32,000 nt of DNA from Candidatus Electrothrix yaqonensis (GTDB lineage: Bacteria; Desulfobacterota; Desulfobulbia; Desulfobulbales; Desulfobulbaceae): positions 3,690,001-3,722,000 of the forward strand of contig CP178758.1 in the NCBI GenBank assembly GCA_047651235.1. The letters are read 5' to 3'. The position numbers and the translations under genes are program-made. Of the stretch, positions 7,769 through 19,700 are shown one piece after another (the stretch's first letter is position 1; every line of letters starts with the position of its first letter). Below the pieces are notes generated by a model. The model ran no database searches and was not told the DNA's origin. It was given only the letters and a program-made list of their open reading frames with translations.

Positions 7769-10700
7769 ATGTTCACGGAACAGAAAGTAAGGACGTCCTT
7801 TATGCTATCAATATATCTTCATATAGCTCCTCATATAGCCGGGTCGCTATCTCGTATCATCAGAATTCGATTCACTGCAGCAGTATTCCTGCTGTTTACC
7901 GTGCTGTTCACCCTCTTTGTGCAGGCAGCTCCGGTCCGGGCGGCGGCAAATGATATTCAGGGCAGGGTCATGGAGGACGGGAATGCAGATGCTTCCCTTG
8001 ATGACGCTGTAGATACCCCGTTGGGGGGAGTGCATGTCTATCTGTTCAGAGATACTACCGGTGACGGCATACCGAATACAGGGGATGACAAAGTTGCCTC
8101 GACCGTGACGAATTCAAACGGAGAGTACAGCTTTTCCGGTCAACCAGACGGCACCTACTGGGTAGTTGTCGAGTCTGCTGATTTTGCCCGCAGCGGCGGC
8201 ACAATGGAGCAGACCTACGGCGGAATCGGTGCATTGACCGATCCTGACGGCAAGGAGCTGACTCCTGCTGAGCCCCGGACAACAGCTGGCCCGGCCTTCG
8301 GCGGCCGACGCATGGAAGTGCCGGACGGCTTTTCCTCAGATGATCCCAATAATCTGGAACCTGCTGAACATGTTATACAAGTTGTCCTGGACAGCGTCAC
8401 AACGCATACTGCAGTGGATTTCGGTTTCGGCTTTGTCAAAGGGCTGGCAGCAGGATATTCAGAATTTTATATTCCCACCCAAGTTACAGGCACAGGCACC
8501 GAACCGGTTGTTGATACCTTCGGTGAAGTGGACGGCGGTATCTGGAATATCTTAAGGGATCTGGATCCTGACCCTGCTATTACCTGCGGGATGCACTATA
8601 TTATTTCCGTAACCGCGTCCACGGACAGTACCACGATCTATTATGATCATTGGGAAGACGGATATAATTTTGATCCGCTGAACCCGTCCACGGCTGATGA
8701 AACCGTGGTCAGAAATTCCGGTGAAGTGGCTGTTTTTGAAAGCGGGAGCATTCCGGAGAACAGGGGAACGGACGTATACTACGATGGTCGGGATAGAATC
8801 TTTGTCGCCGGTGGCCCTGCCGTTGTTACGCTGGCAATTTATCCGGAATGTGTGGACGGCCCTCCTGGGAGCGGCAGCGTCTATAATGCAGCATGGGAAA
8901 TTTTGCCGGTCAAACCGTTGCAGACAAAATATACCGTGCCTGTGGGCGAGGGGATGACAGGCAATGGTGCCATAGATTTTCAGCAGACCTTCCTGACGAT
9001 CCAATCGGCCGCTGATAATAATACAATTACGGTGAATGATCCGGTTCACGGCGTGCTGACCAAAACTCTGCAGCAAGGTGAAGTATTTGATGTCAGGCAT
9101 ACTTCCCCCGGCACGGTCGTGACAGGGACGGAACCCCTTCAGGTGCATGCCCTGGCCGGGTTTCAGTGGCCCACGGCAGCATCAGAGGCTGATGGTATAA
9201 CGATTTTTCCGGAAACCCTGATGGATAATGAGTACTACAATCCGATGGGCAGTTACGGAGACAGTTCTGGTGATGGGGGCAGTAACAGCGAGTATGCGAC
9301 TGAGTTATATATCAACAATCCGAACGACAGTCCTATTACCATTCAGTGGGAAGATGCATCAGGCACGGGCACAGCGAAAATACCCGCCGGTGAAACAAGA
9401 AGTTACTCTGAAATTTCCGGGCATTTTGTTCCTGTTGATTCCGCGTCCTATCTCAAATCTGTCGGCGGGGAAAAATTCTGGGCTATCGGGCAGAGCGGGG
9501 TCAGCACAGCTGATGTCACTGGAGATACGGCGATAGGAGATAATACGCACACCTTTTTTGACGGCGGCTTCAGTCTGGTTCCTGAGTATCTGCTCCGCTC
9601 GGATTATTATCTCAGCTGGGCGCCCGGTGATGCTGATCCTGTTCCGGGGACAAACGCTTCAGCTGCATATGTGACTGCGGTTAATGACGGTACTGAAATT
9701 TTTGTTGATTTTGATGGCGACGGCGAGCCGGATCCGTTTGACATCGACGGCACCATTGTAACCAGTTATGTGCTCAATCGGCTGGAGTCCATAGCAATCC
9801 GCAATCCTGACAGTCCTTTTTCCCTGACAGGTGCGCACATCTGGAGTAACGGTCCGACTTCTCTGGTCTGGGCGCCTTATGCCAAGACAGCCAGTTATGT
9901 CAGCCCGTCTCTGGACTGCGATTATACAGGTTCCCCTTTACCCCTGGACTGGATGGATGCTGTGCTCAGCGTCATCAAAACAACCGATTCAACCGCCCTC
10001 AGACCTGAGGCGAATCAGATCGCAAATTTTTCCCTGTCCATTCCGGCGTATAAAGCAGTCGATAATGTCGTCGTCCGGGATACCCTGCCCTTGGGCTGGA
10101 ATTATGAGGCAGGAAGTTCAACCGCCACAGTTACTAATTCAAGCGGTACCTTTACGTCCACTGCCGATCCGGGTCGCAGCGGAGACGGCCTGACAACCCG
10201 GGAGGTCCTGACATGGGATCTGGACAGCCTGATAGCTGCCGGTGCAAACGATCTTGATCCGACCGATTATATTTTTATCACCTTTACCGCAAGGACGAAC
10301 GCAAATGTCAAGCCCGGGTACAACCAGAATGATGTTGAAGTGACCGGTACCCGTGATCCGGGCGGAGAAACGCAGACCTTTACGACCACTGATAAAAAAG
10401 CGGTCTATGTCACCCCGCTGACCATTGATAAAGACACCTCGACGCCTGTCGTGGTCATGAACGGCGAGGCCACTTATACCATTGCCCTGGAAAATACAGA
10501 CCCTGATAATGATCTGACCGCTGTTCGGGCAACCGATCTTCTGCCTGCCGGTTTTACGTATATCAGTTCAAGTTACAGCGTGATCGATAACGATCCTGCA
10601 GGAGACGGGAGCGGCATAGGGGATACCATACCTGGCGATGCCGCTGCACCGACCACGGAACCGGCCAGCGGTGCCACTGATCTGACTTGGGGTGACTGGA

Positions 10701-13700
10701 CCCTGGGGAACGGTGACAAACTGATTATTACCTTTATTGTCAATGTCGGAAATGTGCCGGGTACGTATGACAACACGGCTTCCGCCGATGCAACCCGGGG
10801 CCCGGATACCTTTACGGTAACAGATATAGGTACTTCCGGTAACGATCAGGGGACTCCGGAAGGTGAGGACCCGGAAGAGGACGAAGATGTCACGATTGAG
10901 CCGGACATCAATATGGACAAGATTTCCGAGGTTGAGGCCGGCGTTTTGGCCAGCCCCGGAGAGATAATCACCTATACGGTCAATATTGAAAATCCCACCG
11001 GCGGTCCGTTGAACAATATCGTGGTGACAGATGCTGTGCCGCCGGGAACCACGTATGTGCCGGGTACGGTGACGATTGTTGAAGGGCATAAGCTGGATCC
11101 GCCAACGGTTATTGCCGAGGAGGACTTTGCAGTTGCAGGCCTTTCCGGTGGTACAGGTTGGATTGGTGATTGGAAGGTACTTGGTGGTGAAGCTGATTTT
11201 GATGGGGGTGATGTCCAGATCAACAACGGTCGGCTCCTAATACAGGATAATGAAAATGGCGGTGAAGGCGCATATCGTGAAGTAGATATAACAGGTTACG
11301 ATTCCGTTGAACTGAATTTTGACTACATAGGGCGTAATTTAGTAGACCCAGGGGATGACCAGTATGTGATCATTGATATTTCTACCGACGGTACAACGTG
11401 GACAGAATTAGCTCGTGTAGATGAATCCGGCGTAGGGTCAATGCAACTTGACATTACAGGATTTATTGATACCGATACCCAGATTCGTTTCTTAACGTCA
11501 TCCAGCAATGCAAATAGGGCGGGCAGTTTTTTTGACAATATTGAAATCATTGGCACAAAGACTGACTTCATCAATGTACCCGGTCATGACCCGGCTGATC
11601 TGGTGATTGCCGCTGACGGGTATGATCTGGCCGCAAATGACGGGGTAGATGGAAGCGGGCCGGATTTTATGCAGATTACCTATCAGGTGAGAGTCGATGA
11701 TCCTCTTGCTGCCGGTATTATCAGCATTGACAATACGGCCGGGGTTACCTCTGATGAATTTATGGGGGTATATAAAGAGGACAGCGAAAGCACGCCTGTC
11801 TTTATACAGCCTGAAAAATTGTTGGTGACCACCTCCGAGCCATCCACAGGCGAGGTGGACGGCAGCGAACGTGTCACGATCGGTGAAATGGTGCGTTATC
11901 GCATTGCAGCCCGTATTCCCGAAGGATCGTTCCCGAATTTCCAGCTGAAGGATAATATACCGAGCGGTCTGCAGTTTCTTGATGACGGTACTGCCCGGTT
12001 TTCCTTTGTCTCCAACGGAGGCGGGATTACCTCTTCGACCTTAACCTGCATTAATGATTCCGGCGATGCGTATGATCTGATCAGCTTGCCTTCCGCAGCT
12101 GTGGATTGCGTATTTCCAGCTCCTCCAGCAGGAGCAATCAGCGGAGGGCCGTTCGGTTCAGATGTGGATGTAACGTTCAGTCTGGGTGATCTTACCAACT
12201 CCGATTCTGATGAAGATGCAGAATACATGGTTGTTGAATTCAACGCATTGGTCCTGAACGTCAACGAATCTCCTGAGATTAATCAGGGGGTAGACAACAC
12301 GACCGGAGCTTCCATTGCAAATTTCCGGCCAAATACTGCAACACTTTATGTTGATGATGTACAGGAAGGCGATCCCTCTGACATCGTGACGGTGGATATT
12401 GCTGAACCTGCCATCACGGATTTGGCCAAAACGGTCAGCCCCGGACCGTATCTGCCCGGCAGCACGGTGACCTATACATTGACATTCAGCAATACGGCAA
12501 CAGGCAACAATGCAACCACTGCCTTTGATCTTGTTCTGACCGATACGTTGGACGCAAACTTGACGCCCGGTACGGTAACGTGGTTATCCACCACGCAGAC
12601 AGATCCATGTGCAGGGGGAACAGCATTTAACCACTCTGAATCGGCCACTGGTCAGAATGTTACTGTCAATGTGTCCTGTCTTGATCCCGGAAATCGGGTT
12701 ACGATCACAATTGAAGCAACCATTAAGGATGGAACACCAGGCGGTACAATATCCAATACCGGAGATGTTACCTACACCAGTCTTCCCGGTGAACAGGGAA
12801 ATTGCGGTGCAGCACCGTTTGTCTGTAGTGCTGATATAGATGAACGGGACGGAGATGACGGGGCTGGCTCAGATGATACGGTGCTGGATAATTACGCAGA
12901 TTCTGACACGGTACCCTTGGATGTTGAGGAAAGCGCGGATCTGAGCCTGGTCAAGGTGGTGAACGATACAACGCCTGCGGTTGGTGATACGGTAACGTTC
13001 ACGCTGCAGGTGACCAACAACGGTCCGAACACGGCCACGAATGTTGCGGTGACGGACGTTCTTCCGGGCGGTTATACCTATGTTTCCGGGAGCATGAGCG
13101 GCGGGGACGGGCAGGATCAGAGCGGCGATCCGACCCTGGTGTGGACGGTGAACAGTCTGTCTGCGGCGGCAGGTTCCAATACGGTGACCCTGACCTTTGA
13201 TGCGGTGGTGAATGCGCCGACCGGCACGGCGGACGAGTATCTGAATTCGGCCCAGATCACGGCTTCGGACCAGTACGATCCGGATTCCGATCCGGATTCG
13301 GACGAAAACACGGACGATCTCGGCGACGGTCTTCCGGACGACGACGAGGATACGGCGGCGGTGATGCCGGAGAGCGCGGATCTGAGCCTGGTCAAGGTGG
13401 TGAACGATACAACGCCTGCCGTGGGCGACACGGTGACCTTCAGCCTGACCCTGACCAACGACGGGCCGGACACGGCCACGAATGTTGCGGTGACGGACGT
13501 TCTTCCGGGCGGTTATACCTATGTTTCCGGGAGCATGAGCGGCGGGGACGGGCAGGATCAGAGCGGCGATCCGACCCTGGTGTGGACGGTGAACAGTCTG
13601 TCTGCGGCGGCAGGTTCCAATACGGTGACCCTGACCTTTGATGCGGTGGTGAATGCGCCGACCGGCACGGCGGACGAGTATCTGAATTCGGCCCAGATCA

Positions 13701-16700
13701 CGGCTTCGGACCAGTACGATCCGGATTCCGATCCGGATTCGGACGAAAACACGGACGATCTCGGCGACGGTCTTCCGGACGACGACGAGGATACGGCGGC
13801 GGTGATGCCGGAGAGCGCGGATCTGAGCCTGGTCAAGGTGGTGAACGATACAACGCCTGCCGTGGGCGACACGGTGACCTTCAGCCTGACCCTGACCAAC
13901 GACGGGCCGGACACGGCCACGAATGTTGCGGTGACGGACGTTCTTCCGGGCGGTTATACCTATGTTTCCGGGAGCATGAGCGGCGGGGACGGGCAGGATC
14001 AGAGCGGCGATCCGACCCTGGTGTGGACGGTGAACAGTCTGTCTGCGGCGGCAGGTTCCAATACGGTGACCCTGACCTTTGATGCGGTGGTGAATGCGCC
14101 GACCGGCACGGCGGACGAGTATCTGAATTCGGCCCAGATCACGGCTTCGGACCAGTACGATCCGGATTCCGATCCGGATTCGGACGAAAACACGGACGAT
14201 CTCGGCGACGGTCTTCCGGACGACGACGAGGATACGGCGGCGGTGATGCCGGAGAGCGCGGATCTGAGCCTGGTCAAGGTGGTGAACGATACAACGCCTG
14301 CCGTGGGCGACACGGTGACCTTCAGCCTGACCCTGACCAACGACGGGCCGGACACGGCCACGAATGTTGCGGTGACGGACGTTCTTCCGGGCGGTTATAC
14401 CTATGTTTCCGGGAGCATGAGCGGCGGGGACGGGCAGGATCAGAGCGGCGATCCGACCCTGGTGTGGACGGTGAACAGTCTGTCTGCGGCGGCAGGTTCC
14501 AATACGGTGACCCTGACCTTTGATGCGGTGGTGAATGCGCCGACCGGCACGGCGGACGAGTATCTGAATTCGGCCCAGATCACGGCTTCGGACCAGTACG
14601 ATCCGGATTCCGATCCGGATTCGGACGAAAACACGGACGATCTCGGCGACGGTCTTCCGGACGACGACGAGGATACGGCGGCGGTGATGCCGGAGAGCGC
14701 GGATCTGAGCCTGGTCAAGGTGGTGAACGATACAACGCCTGCCGTGGGCGACACGGTGACCTTCAGCCTGACCCTGACCAACGACGGGCCGGACACGGCC
14801 ACGAATGTTGCGGTGACGGACGTTCTTCCGGGCGGTTATACCTATGTTTCCGGGAGCATGAGCGGCGGGGACGGGCAGGATCAGAGCGGCGATCCGACCC
14901 TGGTGTGGACGGTGAACAGTCTGTCTGCGGCGGCAGGTTCCAATACGGTGACCCTGACCTTTGATGCGGTGGTGAATGCGCCGACCGGCACGGCGGACGA
15001 GTATCTGAATTCGGCCCAGATCACGGCTTCGGACCAGTACGATCCGGATTCCGATCCGGATTCGGACGAAAACACGGACGATCTCGGCGACGGTCTTCCG
15101 GACGACGACGAGGATACGGCGGCGGTGATGCCGGAGAGCGCGGATCTGAGCCTGGTCAAGGTGGTGAACGATACAACGCCTGCGGTTGGTGATACGGTAA
15201 CGTTCACGCTGCAGGTGACCAACAACGGTCCGAACACGGCCACGAATGTTGCGGTGACGGACGTTCTTCCGGGCGGTTATACCTATGTTTCCGGGAGCAT
15301 GAGCGGCGGGGACGGGCAGGATCAGAGCGGCGATCCGACCCTGGTGTGGACGGTGAACAGTCTGTCTGCGGCGGCAGGTTCCAATACGGTGACCCTGACC
15401 TTTGATGCGGTGGTGAATGCGCCGACCGGCACGGCGGACGAGTATCTGAATTCGGCCCAGATCACGGCTTCGGACCAGTACGATCCGGATTCCGATCCGG
15501 ATTCGGACGAAAACACGGACGATCTCGGCGACGGTCTTCCGGACGACGACGAGGATACGGCGGCGGTGATGCCGGAGAGCGCGGATCTGAGCCTGGTCAA
15601 GGTGGTGAACGATACAACGCCTGCCGTGGGCGACACGGTGACCTTCAGCCTGACCCTGACCAACGACGGGCCGGACACGGCCACGAATGTTGCGGTGACG
15701 GACGTTCTTCCGGGCGGTTATACCTATGTTTCCGGGAGCATGAGCGGCGGGGACGGGCAGGATCAGAGCGGCGATCCGACCCTGGTGTGGACGGTGAACA
15801 GTCTGTCTGCGGCGGCAGGTTCCAATACGGTGACCCTGACCTTTGATGCGGTGGTGAATGCGCCGACCGGCACGGCGGACGAGTATCTGAATTCGGCCCA
15901 GATCACGGCTTCGGACCAGTACGATCCGGATTCCGATCCGGATTCGGACGAAAACACGGACGATCTCGGCGACGGTCTTCCGGACGACGACGAGGATACG
16001 GCGGCGGTGATGCCGGAGAGCGCGGATCTGAGCCTGGTCAAGGTGGTGAACGATACAACGCCTGCCGTGGGCGACACGGTGACCTTCAGCCTGACCCTGA
16101 CCAACGACGGGCCGGACACGGCCACGAATGTTGCGGTGACGGACGTTCTTCCGGGCGGTTATACCTATGTTTCCGGGAGCATGAGCGGCGGGGACGGGCA
16201 GGATCAGAGCGGCGATCCGACCCTGGTGTGGACGGTGAACAGTCTGTCTGCGGCGGCAGGTTCCAATACGGTGACCCTGACCTTTGATGCGGTGGTGAAT
16301 GCGCCGACCGGCACGGCGGACGAGTATCTGAATTCGGCCCAGATCACGGCTTCGGACCAGTACGATCCGGATTCCGATCCGGATTCGGACGAAAACACGG
16401 ACGATCTCGGCGACGGTCTTCCGGACGACGACGAGGATACGGCGGCGGTGATGCCGGAGAGCGCGGATCTGAGCCTGGTCAAGGTGGTGAACGATACAAC
16501 GCCTGCCGTGGGCGACACGGTGACCTTCAGCCTGACCCTGACCAACGACGGGCCGGACACGGCCACGAATGTTGCGGTGACGGACGTTCTTCCGGGCGGT
16601 TATACCTATGTTTCCGGGAGCATGAGCGGCGGGGACGGGCAGGATCAGAGCGGCGATCCGACCCTGGTGTGGACGGTGAACAGTCTGTCTGCGGCGGCAG

Positions 16701-19700
16701 GTTCCAATACGGTGACCCTGACCTTTGATGCGGTGGTGAATGCGCCGACCGGCACGGCGGACGAGTATCTGAATTCGGCCCAGATCACGGCTTCGGACCA
16801 GTACGATCCGGATTCCGATCCGGATTCGGACGAAAACACGGACGATCTCGGCGACGGTCTTCCGGACGACGACGAGGATACGGCGGCGGTGATGCCGGAG
16901 AGCGCGGATCTGAGCCTGGTCAAGGTGGTGAACGATACAACGCCTGCCGTGGGCGACACGGTGACCTTCAGCCTGACCCTGACCAACGACGGGCCGGACA
17001 CGGCCACGAATGTTGCGGTGACGGACGTTCTTCCGGGCGGTTATACCTATGTTTCCGGGAGCATGAGCGGCGGGGACGGGCAGGATCAGAGCGGCGATCC
17101 GACCCTGGTGTGGACGGTGAACAGTCTGTCTGCGGCGGCAGGTTCCAATACGGTGACCCTGACCTTTGATGCGGTGGTGAATGCGCCGACCGGCACGGCG
17201 GACGAGTATCTGAATTCGGCCCAGATCACGGCTTCGGACCAGTACGATCCGGATTCCGATCCGGATTCGGACGAAAACACGGACGATCTCGGCGACGGTC
17301 TTCCGGACGACGACGAGGATACGGCGGCGGTGATGCCGGAGAGCGCGGATCTGAGCCTGGTCAAGGTGGTGAACGATACAACGCCTGCCGTGGGCGACAC
17401 GGTGACCTTCAGCCTGACCCTGACCAACGACGGGCCGGACACGGCCACGAATGTTGCGGTGACGGACGTTCTTCCGGGCGGTTATACCTATGTTTCCGGG
17501 AGCATGAGCGGCGGGGACGGGCAGGATCAGAGCGGCGATCCGACCCTGGTGTGGACGGTGAACAGTCTGTCTGCGGCGGCAGGTTCCAATACGGTGACCC
17601 TGACCTTTGATGCGGTGGTGAATGCGCCGACCGGCACGGCGGACGAGTATCTGAATTCGGCCCAGATCACGGCTTCGGACCAGTACGATCCGGATTCCGA
17701 TCCGGATTCGGACGAAAACACGGACGATCTCGGCGACGGTCTTCCGGACGACGACGAGGATACGGCGGCGGTGATGCCGGAGAGCGCGGATCTGAGCCTG
17801 GTCAAGGTGGTGAACGATACAACGCCTGCCGTGGGCGACACGGTGACCTTCAGCCTGACCCTGACCAACGACGGGCCGGACACGGCCACGAATGTTGCGG
17901 TGACGGACGTTCTTCCGGGCGGTTATACCTATGTTTCCGGGAGCATGAGCGGCGGGGACGGGCAGGATCAGAGCGGCGATCCGACCCTGGTGTGGACGGT
18001 GAACAGTCTGTCTGCGGCGGCAGGTTCCAATACGGTGACCCTGACCTTTGATGCGGTGGTGAATGCGCCGACCGGCACGGCGGACGAGTATCTGAATTCG
18101 GCCCAGATCACGGCTTCGGACCAGTACGATCCGGATTCCGATCCGGATTCGGACGAAAACACGGACGATCTCGGCGACGGTCTTCCGGACGACGACGAGG
18201 ACAATGTCTGTGTGACCCTTGCCTCCCTGCAACTGATCAAGCAGGTGGATCTGACCACGGATACTGCTCCGGAAGATGCAAGCAAGGACGATATCATAAC
18301 CTACACATTCAGGGTGCGGAATACCGGTGCTGAAACGCTGACGGACGTGACTGTAAGCGACCCGCTGCTCACCGGCTTGAGCTGTGATCCCATTCTTTCC
18401 CTTGCCCCGGGTACAACGGTGGACTTCAACTGTACAGGGGGCAACACGTATACGATTACGCAGCTAGATGTGGATAATGGCTATATCGACAACACGGCTA
18501 CAGCCACGGGAACGCCGCCGTGCGGGCCTGATGTGACCTCTTCCGTCGTAGCCCGCGTGAATATCGGCACTACTCCGACCTATGCCGTAGTGAGTTCATT
18601 CAGTGCGTATTTAAATGATAAAAATCAGGTGGTGCTGGAATGGAAGACCTCCAGTGAAACCGGTACGGTCGGTTTCATGCTGGAGCGGCAGAATGAGCGG
18701 ACCGGCAGATATCAGCCGGTCACGAAAAAAATACTGCCCGGTATGCTGACTCCGCCGCACGGCGGCATCTACCGCCTTGTGGATACAAGAGCAAAAGCGG
18801 GTAAGCAATATACCTACCGGGTTGTCGAAGTAGCGGCCAACGATCAGGGCACGGTTTCCGGGCCGTACACGGTGCAGGCCGATGAACCTCTGCCGAAGAA
18901 CAGCCGGATGTTTTCCGGCGGGGCCGGAGGCTACACCCTGACGCATCATAAATTTTCCGGCAGACAGTTCAGGCGTTTTACAGCCCGCAGTAAAGTGCTC
19001 CGTAAATTCGCTGCAAAGCGGAAAAACAGGGCCGGTACCGTGCTGAAGATTCCGGTCTCCCGGAACGGTTTGGTGTATTTGAGCGCTGCGGAGCTGGCAG
19101 CCGCCTCCGACCTTCCGGAGAAGCGGGTGATCAGGCAGGTGAAGTCCGGAAGATGCCGGCTGACCCTGGCAGGGAAGGCTGTTCCGCTGCTCAGGGCCAA
19201 TACCGGTTCCGACCTCTGGTTCTACGGCCGGGCTCCGGAGCGGAGCGACATCGGACAGAATATCTACCTTCTCGATTTCGGGAAAAAAGGCAAGAAAATG
19301 AAGAGTACGCGGGGCCGGGCAAAGAAGGAAGTCTCTGCGGAGCAGTCCTACCCCGCCCGTGTGCGTGCAGAGGAGAATCTGCACCCCTTCCACCTGTATA
19401 TCAATACTCCGGTGCATGATTTCTGGGCCTGGGAACTCCTGTTCGCTCATGATGCCGCCGATGATCCGGCGGGCAGTACTGCTGTTCATCCTGTTGCCGC
19501 GCCGTATCTGACAGGGGAGGGCGATGCGGCGGTTACGGTCAACTTGGTCGGAATGACAGGCCGTGGACCTGCCGGAGTGCCGCTGTACAAGGTGACAGTC
19601 TTTCTGAACGGCACGGATATCGGCACGGCGGAATGGTCGGAAAAGGGCGACTATCAGTTCCGGGCCGATATCCCGGCTGCTCTGCTGCGTGAGGAGGGCA

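Noticed and set aside
12932-18201. Regular repeats considered as a CRISPR array
   Set aside because: The period is 441 bp with no unique spacers, since the whole unit repeats. The array is in frame within a protein-coding ORF, and no cas genes are present.
12869-18232. A 1787-aa ORF on the minus strand, plus the series of eleven 109-120-aa minus-strand ORFs (13117-18297) spaced 441 bp apart
   Set aside because: These are antisense to the tandem array of the giant gene. The unit happens to lack stops in antisense frames, so the open frame is multiplied by the repeat. The products are Arg/His/Gly/Ile-rich low-complexity sequence with no motifs, while the sense frame encodes recognisable DUF11 domains.
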